Source: a bacterium
GTDB lineage: Bacteria; DRYD01
Length of the DNA: 64,000 bases
Reading direction: 5' to 3'
NCBI GenBank assembly: GCA_039630415.1
Contig: JBCNVB010000025.1
Location: 1 to 64,000, forward strand
Below are positions 50,199 to 60,266 of this stretch, one piece after another. Each line of letters starts with the position of its first letter. The stretch's first letter is position 1. The translations under genes were made by a program, and so were the position numbers. A model generated the notes under the pieces. That model worked only from the letters and a program-made list of their open reading frames with translations, made no database searches and was not told where the DNA came from.

Positions 50199-51915
50199 CA
50201 GATTAATTCTCATACAGTCTTTTCTTAAACCTTCTATAGCTGTTATTCTAGACAGCAATGAAATATACAGTGTTTTACTTGACGTAGAAGGCTCAGAAGT
50301 AGGAAATATTTATAAAGGAAGAGTAACAGCTATACAAAAGGGGATAAATGCTTGTTTTGTAAGCTTAGGACAAGGAAAATCAGGTTTCTTGAATTTAGCC
50401 GATGTACCCCCCATAGTAGAAATCAAACCCAACTCGTTTATAATGGTAAAAATAAAAAAAGATCAGGTAAAAGGAAAAGATCCTCAACTATCAGCACAAA
50501 TTACACTCGCAGGTAAATACACTATCCTTCTACCCTTCGAAAATTCAATAAAAGTATCCAACAGAATAGAAGAAAAAGATACCCAAGAAATACTAGTGCA
50601 TAAAATATATCACATAAGAGAAAAATTAAGTCAAAAGTATTCTGAAATAAAAAATATTGGTTTTATAGCAAGGACAAATTCTAAATATTGCGACGCTATA
50701 CAAATGCTTAAAGACATTGAAAATTTATACCAAACCTGGCAAAAAATTCTAGAAGATTATAATAAGTCCAACTATGAAAAACTACTTTATAAAGATGAAA
50801 GCTTTGCAATTAGAGTAATAAGAGAATTTTTCGATTCAAAGACAAAAGTCATAGTAGATAATAAAGATGATTACCTATACATAAAGAACTACTTGTCATT
50901 TTTTGAGCCAGAATATGTTAATTGCGTAGATTATTTTGATCCTCTAAAAGCGAAAAAAAATCTACTGGAATTCTATAACGTAAGAATAGATTTGAATGAT
51001 TTTATAAAAACTAAGATAAATTTACCAATTGGAGGATATTTAAGTATCCAACATACTGAGTTAGGAACAACCATAGATATTAACTCAGGTAGTTACATGG
51101 AACAAACACCACAAGAAACTTACAAAAACTACAATCTAAAGGCTATAAAAGAAATAATAAGGCAGATTAGATTGAGAGACATATCTGGTATAATCCTCAT
51201 AGACTTTCTCAAAATTCATGATGAAATTGAAAAACAAAAAATGTATACCAAAATAATTGAAGAGATTGAAAAAAATTTAAAAGAGGACAAAAAGAAAGTT
51301 AAGATATGGGATTTTACTAAACTTGGTATACTAGAAATAACAAGAGAGAGGACAGAAGAGGAAAATTACAACAAAATATCAACCCCATGCAAATATTGCC
51401 AAGGTTCAGGATATACCCTATCACCCAAATACCAAGCCTATCAAATAATCAACTCCATAAATTCCTACATTGTCAAGCTAGTAAGCTCAAGAGAGAAAAA
51501 CTTATATGTTGAGATTTCTGTAGACATCTTACCTTTTTTCCTCGAAGAGTATGTTTACAACAACTATGACAAATTCTTACACGATTACGGATTTAAATTA
51601 GCGGTAAGAACTTTTAAACACTCATATTATTTACCCAGACAATCGAAATATAAAATAAAAGCTTTGCAGAATTTTAGTAGCTTTGATAGTTCAATAGAAA
51701 TGGACTTTCCCAAAGTGGGTGATATTTTGGAATTAGAAGCCTGGTATCTTCGTGAAACACATTCCAACATAGTTTTCTCAGTTTATAAAAGATTTCCGAT
51801 TATAATACAGCATGAAATTGAACCCATATCTGAAGGAGTAAAAAACATTAAAGTTGAAATAAAAAAAGTGATACCCTTCTATTACATTGAAGGATATAAA
51901 ATAGAAGGAGGTTAA
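50191..51915 (+). CDS. rng: Rne/Rng family ribonuclease
   Basis: GNIYKGRV S1 domain, [38 protein letters not shown]. Confidence 0.88.
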   Translation: MYNRLILIQSFLKPSIAVILDSNEIYSVLLDVEGSEVGNIYKGRVTAIQKGINACFVSLGQGKSGFLNLADVPPIVEIKPNSFIMVKIKKDQVKGKDPQLSAQITLAGKYTILLPFENSIKVSNRIEEKDTQEILVHKIYHIREKLSQKYSEIKNIGFIARTNSKYCDAIQMLKDIENLYQTWQKILEDYNKSNYEKLLYKDESFAIRVIREFFDSKTKVIVDNKDDYLYIKNYLSFFEPEYVNCVDYFDPLKAKKNLLEFYNVRIDLNDFIKTKINLPIGGYLSIQHTELGTTIDINSGSYMEQTPQETYKNYNLKAIKEIIRQIRLRDISGIILIDFLKIHDEIEKQKMYTKIIEEIEKNLKEDKKKVKIWDFTKLGILEITRERTEEENYNKISTPCKYCQGSGYTLSPKYQAYQIINSINSYIVKLVSSREKNLYVEISVDILPFFLEEYVYNNYDKFLHDYGFKLAVRTFKHSYYLPRQSKYKIKALQNFSSFDSSIEMDFPKVGDILELEAWYLRETHSNIVFSVYKRFPIIIQHEIEPISEGVKNIKVEIKKVIPFYYIEGYKIEGG

Positions 51916-51920
51916 AATAA

Positions 51921-53459
51921 ATGATAAATAGCTTATTGGTTAGAATTTATCGTCAAATAGCCATATATATTGCAATTATAATATCGATATTTAACTTTAG
52001 CTATTCTTCCGAAGAAATACAGAAAATAGTTGAGTATAATAAACCTGCAGTAGTTTTAATATACATGCATATTTCGGGTACAGTGACTTTTTTCGAGCCA
52101 TCGTTCAATATGCAAGCATTACAAGAACTGGAATTTGAACTTCGGGAGCTAATCGATACCGGAGTATTTGGAGAAACTGAAGATGAAGCTAGACCTAAAA
52201 TAAAAGAATACATAATAAGCAAAATAGCTTCAAACCCTAAAAAGTATTTCATACCTTCAGCTAAGAAAACAGTCGTAAATGTAAATACTGGAGGAATGGG
52301 AACAGGAGTAATAATTAATTCAAATGGATACATACTAACAGCTACACACGTAGTAGAAATGGAGGAAGAAGAGCTTAGACAAGTAGTGGTTAGTGAATTT
52401 CTCTTAGGTATGATCCTGGATTATTTTATTCCTGGTCTAGAAACTTTATTAGGAGAATCTCTAGACCAAGAAGACTATCCATTAGTTGAAAAAATGGTTC
52501 TTGCTTATGTATCAGCTTACCCTAACAGCTTTGCACTCGAACCCCAGAAAAGGATATATGCAGGATTAGGTGTAGCAGAAAAAGGTAAGTCAAACGTTGG
52601 GGCTTTCTTTAAACCAGCTTCCGTCATAAGACTCGGATCAAGCGAAAAAGTATCAGATATAGTTAACATGGGTAGAGATATCGCAGTTATTAAAATAGAT
52701 CAAACTAACCTACCAGTATCGATAGTTTCAGAACAAGAACCTGCAGAAGGATCAGAAGTAGTAATAGTGGGTTATCCAGGAAATGTTCACTATTTTGCAG
52801 GAGAACTATTTGAACACTTTTCTATTCTTAAACCAACCATTACAAAGGGAATAGTATCAGCAATAAGAACTTCAAACAAAGGAGTAAGAGTTATACAAAC
52901 AGACGCTACGATAAGCAAAGGTAACAGTGGAGGACCAGCATATAGTAAAACCGGTAAGATAATAGGTACAGCAAGCTGGTCAATAAAAGATCCAGTTCTA
53001 CAAACCAGCGTTAAAAACTATGGAATCCTAGTATCCTGTGCAGAAATCAAAAACTTCCTCAAAGAAGTTAATGTAGAAAATAAACTCACTGAAATAGATA
53101 CTAACTATCAAAAAGGGGTGGATGAATATTTTGCACAAAAGTATAGAAACGCTCTAAGATATTTCAAGAAAGTCCAAGAATTGTATCCAGATCATCCATA
53201 CGTGAAGGACTATATCATTAACTGCCAAACTTACATAGATCAAGGAAAAGATAGAAGTGGTATAAGCTTGGATAACAACATGATATTAATACTCATAGGA
53301 TTAGGTGTACTGGCTTGCGGTGGATTAATGTTAATTATAGCAGCTGCAGTAGCTTACTTTGTTTTCTTTAGACCCAAAGCACCAAACATGGCTAGTTACT
53401 CATCAACTCCTACTTATGGTAGATCTAAAAATATACCTCCCAATATAAGACCTGAATAG
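51921..53459 (+). CDS. trypsin-like serine protease with TPR-like segment and C-terminal TM anchor
   Basis: TATHVV, DIAVIKI, GNSGGP catalytic triad motifs; signal peptide; C-terminal TM. Confidence 0.88.
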   Translation: MINSLLVRIYRQIAIYIAIIISIFNFSYSSEEIQKIVEYNKPAVVLIYMHISGTVTFFEPSFNMQALQELEFELRELIDTGVFGETEDEARPKIKEYIISKIASNPKKYFIPSAKKTVVNVNTGGMGTGVIINSNGYILTATHVVEMEEEELRQVVVSEFLLGMILDYFIPGLETLLGESLDQEDYPLVEKMVLAYVSAYPNSFALEPQKRIYAGLGVAEKGKSNVGAFFKPASVIRLGSSEKVSDIVNMGRDIAVIKIDQTNLPVSIVSEQEPAEGSEVVIVGYPGNVHYFAGELFEHFSILKPTITKGIVSAIRTSNKGVRVIQTDATISKGNSGGPAYSKTGKIIGTASWSIKDPVLQTSVKNYGILVSCAEIKNFLKEVNVENKLTEIDTNYQKGVDEYFAQKYRNALRYFKKVQELYPDHPYVKDYIINCQTYIDQGKDRSGISLDNNMILILIGLGVLACGGLMLIIAAAVAYFVFFRPKAPNMASYSSTPTYGRSKNIPPNIRPE

Positions 53460-53481
53460 ATAAAAATAACTTAGTTCATAA

Positions 53482-56400
53482 ATGATTAAAGATCGAGATT
53501 TTGTTCACCTCCATCTCCATTCCTCTTTTAGTATTCTCGATGGAATGATAAAAGTAGATGATTTAGTAGAAAGAGTAAAAGAATTAGGAATGACAAGCGT
53601 AGCAGTAACAGATCACGGATCTTTATCCTGTGCAATCTACTTCTATGATAAAGCAATTGAAAACAATATAAAGCCAATAATTGGGGTTGAAATGTATCTA
53701 ACCGATGATATTAATAACAAACATATACAAAACTCAAAAAACTATCATTTAGTCCTGTTAGCCAAAAACTTTGAAGGTTACAAAAACCTAGTCAAACTAC
53801 TAACAATAGCAAATCTAGATGGATTCTACTATAAGCCTAGAATAGATAAAAAACTTCTCTCTCAGTATAGTAAAGGGCTAATAATGTTAACCTCATGTTT
53901 GGCAGGAGAAATCCCACAGTCTATCTTGTATGATAATATCCCTCAAGCACATAGAATACTCGAAGAATACATATCTATCTTTGGGAAAGAAAATGTTTTC
54001 GCTGAGTTTCAATACCATCATCTAAAAGAGCAACAGAAGGTAAATCAAGAATTAGTTAAACTATGCAAAAAATTCGGAATTAAAAGAGTAATTACCAATG
54101 ACGCACATTATCTAACAAAAGACAATTATTATGCTCATGACGTTTTACTATGCATTCAAACCAAAAAAAGAATAGATGAACCAAATAGGATAAGATTTAG
54201 TACAAATGAATTTTATGTCAAGTCAGCAAAGGAAATGTATGACCTTTGGGGGGATGATTTTAAAGATGCTATCCTTAATACGAGGCTGATAAGTGAAATA
54301 GTAGATATTAAATTTCCTGAAAACATTTACTATTTACCTAAAACTGAAAATAGTAACAAACTCCTAAGGGAACTATGTTACAAGAATCTTCCTACTAGAT
54401 ATCCCAGTTATGATGAAAAAATCATAGATAGACTGGAGTATGAATTATCAGTCATCCAAGAAATGGGATTTTGCGATTATTTCCTGATTGTATGGGATTT
54501 TATCAACTGGGCTAGAATGAATGATATACCTGTTGGACCAGGTAGGGGATCAGTAGGAGGAAGTATAGTTGCTTATATACTCGGTATAACTCAAATAGAT
54601 CCTATAAAGTACGGGCTTCTTTTTGAAAGATTTCTAAATCCAGGTAGAAAATCTCTGCCAGACATAGATACAGACTTTTGTCAAGTCAAGAGAGATAGAG
54701 TAATAGAGTACTGTATAGAAAAGTATGGTAGGAGCAGAGTGTGTAGTATAGGTACTTTTGGAACGATGAAAGCCAGAGCTGCAGTTAGAGATGTAGCTAG
54801 AGTTATGGGTTTCTCTCCTTCTTGGGCTGATAACCTAGCTAAAATGATCCCCATGAATATGTCCCTAAAAGAAGCCATTAAAGAAATACAGGAACTAAAA
54901 AAAGAATACAATAACAACCAAGATGCAAGAAAAGTGATTGATTTAGCAATCGATTTAGAGGGAAACATAAGGAATCAATCAGTACACGCTGCAGGAGTAA
55001 TCATTTCTTCCATAGATATTGATGAGTTAGTACCATTGGTGAAAACAAACGATGCAATATGTACTGGTTACGATATGAACTCTGTAGAAAGATTGGGATT
55101 TGTAAAGATGGATTTTTTAGGACTAAGAACTTTGACACTTATACACGATACAGTAAAAACTATAAAGCAAACTGAAAATATAGAGCTAGATGTATACAAT
55201 TTAGATCTCAATGATAAGAAAACTTTTGATTTACTCTGTAATGGAGATACAGTTGGAGTTTTTCAAGTAGAGAGTGCAGGTTTTAGAAAGCTGTTAAAAG
55301 AACTTAAACCAAGCAGTATAAATGATATAATAAGTGCTTTAGCACTTTATAGGCCGGGACCTCTTGAAAGCGGATTAGTAGCCAAATTCATTGAATGCAA
55401 ACACAATCCCTCAAAAATAGAATATCTTCACCCAGATCTAGAACCCATCCTTAAAGAAACATATGGCGTTATTGTATATCAAGAACAAATAATGATGATA
55501 GCGAACAAATTTGCTAACTTCTCTCTTTCTCAAGCAGACGATCTTAGAAAAGCAATGGGTAAGAAAAAACCAGAAATAATGGAAAAATACAGAAATATTT
55601 TCATAGAAGGATGTATACAGAATGGATACTCAAAAGAGTTAGCAGAACAGCTTTTTGATATAATTGAAAAATTTGCAGGGTATGGATTTAATAAATCCCA
55701 CTCGGCTGCATACGGTCTAATAACTTACATAACTGCTTACTTAAAGGCCAATTATCCACATGAATATCTGTCTTGTTTACTAAAAAGTGTTGAAACTAAT
55801 CCCAAAAAACTCAAAATTTTCCTAAGAGAATGCTTTGATAAGGGAATTGATGTATTACCTCCAGATATCAATAAAAGTCACGAAAGTTTCACGATAGAAA
55901 TAAACAACGATAAAAAATCTATAAGGTATGGATTGATGGGTATAAAGGGATTAGGTGAAGCCGTAGTTAGAGAAATAATATCCAAAAGGAAAAGTGAATT
56001 CAGGGATATTTATGACTTTTACAGCAGGGTTAATCATCAAATAGTTAACAGAAAAGCTCTTGAGATACTTATTTTATCCGGATGCTTTGATAGTCTTCAT
56101 CCCAACAGGATGGAATTGATTCAAAAAATAGATTCCATACTTTCAAGAAAACGATCCACTGCACTTTTGTTCGAAACTAAGCAAGATAAATCTGAAACCA
56201 AGCAAGATAAAGATGTACAACCACTCGATACATTAGAGCTACTGAAACTAGAAAAAGAATACCTAGGAGTATACCTATCTGACCATCCATTAAATAAAAT
56301 CAACCTTAGAATTGATAAAAATATTGAACAGATAAAAGAGGAAAAAATCAAGCAAGTACAAGTTGTCGGAGTTATAAGCAATCTACAAGAAAAAATAACC

Positions 56401-56907
56401 AAAAAAGGTAAAATGGCAGTATTTGAACTAGATGACCCATACGATAGCATAGAAGTAGTTGCATATACCGATGTATTTCAGAAATACAAAGAAAAAATAA
56501 AGGAAGGAAGTATTGTAATCATTCATGGAGAGCTAATACATGAAAGCGACGATGAAACTGAGGAAGAAGACTACAAAATAATTTGCAAAAAAATAAGCTC
56601 CCTTGATGATAATATTATTGAAACCCAAACTACAAAATATAAACTCAATTTCTTTGTAGAACTATCAAATGACTTTCCAGAAGAAGATTACTACAAATTT
56701 ATTGACACTATTAACAGTATGATTGATAATCAAGGAGAGATTAAGATTAATTTTGAAATCTATCAAGCGGAAAAATACGAGTTAATAGATGTAAACAAGT
56801 ATATCACATGGGAAAAATACCAAACTATTTCTACTATTCTCAAAACAGAGTTTAAAGATCTCGAAAAATACGTAAAAATAATACCTGAAATAATTTTGGA
56901 AGGGTAG
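53482..56907 (+). CDS. dnaE: DNA polymerase III alpha subunit
   Basis: HLHLHS.FSILDG PHP domain, GPGRGS, PDIDTDF, KMDFLGL, YGFNKSH; no intein-sized insertion. Confidence 0.97.
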   Translation: MIKDRDFVHLHLHSSFSILDGMIKVDDLVERVKELGMTSVAVTDHGSLSCAIYFYDKAIENNIKPIIGVEMYLTDDINNKHIQNSKNYHLVLLAKNFEGYKNLVKLLTIANLDGFYYKPRIDKKLLSQYSKGLIMLTSCLAGEIPQSILYDNIPQAHRILEEYISIFGKENVFAEFQYHHLKEQQKVNQELVKLCKKFGIKRVITNDAHYLTKDNYYAHDVLLCIQTKKRIDEPNRIRFSTNEFYVKSAKEMYDLWGDDFKDAILNTRLISEIVDIKFPENIYYLPKTENSNKLLRELCYKNLPTRYPSYDEKIIDRLEYELSVIQEMGFCDYFLIVWDFINWARMNDIPVGPGRGSVGGSIVAYILGITQIDPIKYGLLFERFLNPGRKSLPDIDTDFCQVKRDRVIEYCIEKYGRSRVCSIGTFGTMKARAAVRDVARVMGFSPSWADNLAKMIPMNMSLKEAIKEIQELKKEYNNNQDARKVIDLAIDLEGNIRNQSVHAAGVIISSIDIDELVPLVKTNDAICTGYDMNSVERLGFVKMDFLGLRTLTLIHDTVKTIKQTENIELDVYNLDLNDKKTFDLLCNGDTVGVFQVESAGFRKLLKELKPSSINDIISALALYRPGPLESGLVAKFIECKHNPSKIEYLHPDLEPILKETYGVIVYQEQIMMIANKFANFSLSQADDLRKAMGKKKPEIMEKYRNIFIEGCIQNGYSKELAEQLFDIIEKFAGYGFNKSHSAAYGLITYITAYLKANYPHEYLSCLLKSVETNPKKLKIFLRECFDKGIDVLPPDINKSHESFTIEINNDKKSIRYGLMGIKGLGEAVVREIISKRKSEFRDIYDFYSRVNHQIVNRKALEILILSGCFDSLHPNRMELIQKIDSILSRKRSTALLFETKQDKSETKQDKDVQPLDTLELLKLEKEYLGVYLSDHPLNKINLRIDKNIEQIKEEKIKQVQVVGVISNLQEKITKKGKMAVFELDDPYDSIEVVAYTDVFQKYKEKIKEGSIVIIHGELIHESDDETEEEDYKIICKKISSLDDNIIETQTTKYKLNFFVELSNDFPEEDYYKFIDTINSMIDNQGEIKINFEIYQAEKYELIDVNKYITWEKYQTISTILKTEFKDLEKYVKIIPEIILEG

Positions 56908-56943
56908 AAAGATAGGAAAATTGAATTACTAAATAGAACTAGT

Positions 56944-57783
56944 ATGGATATTTATGTAGACATAGGTAATACCCATACAGTTTTTGGTATACTAAGAAAT
57001 CGGCAAGATAAAGAAAGTAAGCAAACTACTGACATAAGAAAAAACATAGAACAAAACTTAAGAGAATTAAGGTTTTCCACCAAGAATATAGAAACTTCTG
57101 AGGACATATACTCTAGTTTATTTCCTTTCTTAAAAGATGAAGTTTTGGAGAATAATAAGCTTAGATTGAATAACTTTATTGTCTCTTCAGTAGTTCCTCA
57201 ACTTAATTTTGCCATAGAAAGATTCATAGAAAAGTACATAGATAGTGCTAATATATATTGGGTTGAAGCAAGAGATGATTTAGGTATAGATTGGCAAACT
57301 GAAGATTATAAAGAAATGGGTGCTGATAGAGTTGCAGATATACTTGGTGCTATTGCTTTGTACGATGACAATTTCATAATAGTTGATTTTGGGACGGCTA
57401 TAACCATTGACATAATTTCAAACAGAAAGTATATTGGAGGATCAATATCACCAGGATTCCTCCTACTTATCAAATCACTATTTCAAGAAACTGCTAAACT
57501 ACCTATGGTAGAAATTAAACCAACGCTCAAAATAGCAGAGAATACAACAATAGGACAAATACAACTTGGAACTGTAGATATTATGTGTAGAGGGATAAAT
57601 AATTTAATCCAAGAAGTCAAAAACCATTATGGCAATTTGAAGGTATTACTAACTGGTGGATTCTCTACCATAGCTCAAAAAGTAATTCACTGCGATGATG
57701 TTGTCCCTATGTTACAGTTTATTGGTATGAACTATTATGCATTAATATGTAAACAAAGAAACAATGTACGTACAGGGGGGTGA
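56944..57783 (+). CDS. coaX: type III pantothenate kinase
   Basis: DIGNT, SSVVP, GADR, VDFGTAITID, GGSISPG, TGG. Confidence 0.93.
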   Translation: MDIYVDIGNTHTVFGILRNRQDKESKQTTDIRKNIEQNLRELRFSTKNIETSEDIYSSLFPFLKDEVLENNKLRLNNFIVSSVVPQLNFAIERFIEKYIDSANIYWVEARDDLGIDWQTEDYKEMGADRVADILGAIALYDDNFIIVDFGTAITIDIISNRKYIGGSISPGFLLLIKSLFQETAKLPMVEIKPTLKIAENTTIGQIQLGTVDIMCRGINNLIQEVKNHYGNLKVLLTGGFSTIAQKVIHCDDVVPMLQFIGMNYYALICKQRNNVRTGG

Positions 57784-57787
57784 AATC

Positions 57788-58408
57788 ATGATGAAAATGA
57801 TAAGAAATCTGGTAATAGTACTAATTACAATCTTAGTAATGACGTATCCAATTATAGCGGAAAATAAGAGTGGTTGTGGTTGTTCATGTGCTCCAAAAGC
57901 AAAAGAAACTACCAAACAAGTATCAACTAAACAAAATCTATCCAAAGTTACCCTAGAAGATCTCGTATCAGGTGAAAAAGTTGATATAGATTTATCTTCA
58001 AATAAACATCTTCTACTATTTCTCGATAGCAACACCATTTCAAATTCTAAACATGTAGAAGAAATTTCAAACTGGATTAAACAAAACAAAATGAAAGTTA
58101 ATGTATACACCATCTTATCAGGTGATCAAAAAGAAAAACTATCTTCCCTAGCAAAAGAAAATAAATTAACATCAGCTCTATGGGATTCAAACAAGAATCT
58201 TGCTAATCATTTTAACGTGACAAAGTATCCCATGGCATTATATGTTGTTGAAGGTAAAATTCAAAACTCTACCACTAATCTGGAAATGTCTAATGTAAAG
58301 AAAATAATTTCGGATAAGAAAATGTCAGGTAAAGAAAAAGAAGGATGTGGTAAAGTTAATTGCCCTTGTGGAGCAAATTGTAACTGCGGACCAAATTGTA
58401 AGTGCTAA
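57788..58408 (+). CDS. exported redoxin-fold-like protein with Cys-rich termini
   Basis: Signal peptide; D.N..LA..FNV..YP TlpA-like motif without CxxC; CGCSC and CGKVNCPCGANCNCGPNCKC. Confidence 0.65.
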   Translation: MMKMIRNLVIVLITILVMTYPIIAENKSGCGCSCAPKAKETTKQVSTKQNLSKVTLEDLVSGEKVDIDLSSNKHLLLFLDSNTISNSKHVEEISNWIKQNKMKVNVYTILSGDQKEKLSSLAKENKLTSALWDSNKNLANHFNVTKYPMALYVVEGKIQNSTTNLEMSNVKKIISDKKMSGKEKEGCGKVNCPCGANCNCGPNCKC

Positions 58409-58416
58409 TTTTTTTA

Positions 58417-58453
58417 ACTACTACCAGTGGTTAAGTTAAACACTGGTAGTAGT
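58417..58453. other. 13-bp perfect inverted repeat (hairpin)
   Basis: ACTACTACCAGTG-N11-CACTGGTAGTAGT; no 3' U-tract on either strand. Confidence 0.7.
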
Positions 58454-58460
58454 ATGCGAG

Positions 58461-58997
58461 ATGGTTGATCTAGGCAAACTTGTTAAAACTGACATATATG
58501 TAAGATACTATGAAACAGACAGGATGAAAGTAGTTCATCACTCCAACTATTTCAGGTATTTCGAATTAGGTAGGTGTGATTTCTTTTCACAAAAAGTAAT
58601 ACCTTATTCTATTCTAGAAGAGAAATACTATGTTTTGAGTCCTTTGATATCTGCTTATTGTAAGTTCTATAGAGCTTTGAAATTTGAAGATATTCTTTGT
58701 TTAGTAACCTTTGTAAATCGGTTTGATGGTATTAAAGTAGAGTTCGGTTATTTGGGATTATATGGTAGGAATAGTATGCAAGAGTGCAGCAGTTTGTTAA
58801 CTAGATATTTTTCGAGTAGGAAAAGGTTTGATAGTTTAGTATGTTTTGGTACTACGGAACATATCTTCGTAGATGCTCAAACATTTAAACCAGTAAGGGC
58901 AAAAGTGTATATAGAGGAGAAAGGGGATAGTTTAGATAGGATAATAATGGATATGAGGGTAGGTGCGGCTGTAGCTCAACTGGATCAGAGCATGTGA
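58461..58997 (+). CDS. acyl-CoA thioesterase (YbgC/4HBT family)
   Basis: VRYYETDRMKVVHHSNYFRYFELGR; 3' end overlaps tRNA-Arg. Confidence 0.88.
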   Translation: MVDLGKLVKTDIYVRYYETDRMKVVHHSNYFRYFELGRCDFFSQKVIPYSILEEKYYVLSPLISAYCKFYRALKFEDILCLVTFVNRFDGIKVEFGYLGLYGRNSMQECSSLLTRYFSSRKRFDSLVCFGTTEHIFVDAQTFKPVRAKVYIEEKGDSLDRIIMDMRVGAAVAQLDQSM

Positions 58998-59039
58998 CTT
59001 CGGATCACAAGGTTGTGGGTTCGAGTCCCACCAGCCGCG
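58965..59039 (+). tRNA. tRNA-Arg(TCG), CCA not encoded
   Basis: GCGGCTG/CAGCCGC acceptor stem, TGTGA-CTTCGGA-TCACA anticodon arm, GGTTCGAGTCC. Confidence 0.95.
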
Positions 59040-59068
59040 CAAACCTACCATCCTAATCTCTAAACCCC

Positions 59069-59335
59069 ATGGAACTTTTCATAGGAATAACAGGTATGAT
59101 TATCCTAGTTTCCTCTTGGATACCACAAACTATAGAAACACTTAAAACTCAAAAATGCCCTATGAATATTAACTTCATAATCCTTTATACCCTTTCCTCA
59201 TTACTACTAACCATATACTCAATCCTAATCAAAGATATAGTATTCACAACTCTCAATCTACTAGCGTTTATTCAAAGCTTTATTAATCTGATTGTAAAGA
59301 TCAAAAATTTGATGACCTTAAAAAATGATAGATAG
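59069..59335 (+). CDS. PQ-loop/SemiSWEET-like three-helix membrane protein
   Basis: WIPQ motif, three TM helices, 88 aa. Confidence 0.75.
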   Translation: MELFIGITGMIILVSSWIPQTIETLKTQKCPMNINFIILYTLSSLLLTIYSILIKDIVFTTLNLLAFIQSFINLIVKIKNLMTLKNDR

Positions 59336-60266
59336 CAAGATTCTTTTCGAAGTTATAACTCCTCCTATAAGATGGAATAAGAAAAGAAAACTAGACTTTA
59401 TTCAAACAATTTGTAATATAGCGTATCAAAATGATATAAAATTTATCAATATTCCACAAATAGTTGATGAGTCAAGGGATGGTGAAAGGGTATTTAAATT
59501 TCTACCTAAAGAACCTAATCATATATTCGCAAAGCAAATAGTAGAATATTCAAAATCTTCATACAACTTTGCACTAGAACCAATTATTAATATAGTCGTC
59601 CCAATAATCAACAAAGCTAATTTCTTAAGCCATTTTAATGATATCTATCAAATGGGATACAAAAATTATATTTTCGTGGGTAAAGATAGATCAGATATTG
59701 AATATCCTGGTTACGAAGTTACTCAAGCAGTTGAAATAGTCAAAAATAAATACTCAGATGTAAAAATCGGAGGTATCGTAATATTTCATAGAGAAAATGA
59801 AATAAAAAGAATGATAAAAAAAATCAATAGTGGTGTCGATTTTTTTGTATCACAAATAGTATATGATATTCAGGATTTTAGAAATTTCATTAAGCAAATA
59901 CAAGAAATATCCATAAACACTCAGATATACGTTTCAGTAGCTCCATTAATAACTTCAAAAGAAATAGAATTTGCAAAATGGCTGGGAGTAAATTTATCGA
60001 ACGTAAATTTTAACCCTCAAACAATTAAAGAAGATTCGATGAGGATAATAAAAAACATTATAAATGAAGTAGCTTATACTGAATATGCTTTTGCTAGGGG
60101 AAATATCCAGGTAAGATGGGGTATAAATATCGAACACATAACATATAGTAACTTAAGCCTTTCAGAAGAAGTTATAAAAATGGCAAAATTAAGGTTAGAA
60201 AACGTTAAATATTTACTTCCGCCACCGGTTAGGCGGAATATAAATCAAACCGGATTAAAAAACTAA
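59325..60266 (+). CDS. methylenetetrahydrofolate reductase-like protein
   Basis: [28 protein letters not shown]. Confidence 0.7.
   Translation: MIDSKILFEVITPPIRWNKKRKLDFIQTICNIAYQNDIKFINIPQIVDESRDGERVFKFLPKEPNHIFAKQIVEYSKSSYNFALEPIINIVVPIINKANFLSHFNDIYQMGYKNYIFVGKDRSDIEYPGYEVTQAVEIVKNKYSDVKIGGIVIFHRENEIKRMIKKINSGVDFFVSQIVYDIQDFRNFIKQIQEISINTQIYVSVAPLITSKEIEFAKWLGVNLSNVNFNPQTIKEDSMRIIKNIINEVAYTEYAFARGNIQVRWGINIEHITYSNLSLSEEVIKMAKLRLENVKYLLPPPVRRNINQTGLKN

Noticed and set aside
56173-56211. 21-bp-period duplication in dnaE (ETKQDK x2)
   Set aside because: In-frame duplication in a variable linker; not a CRISPR or mobile element.
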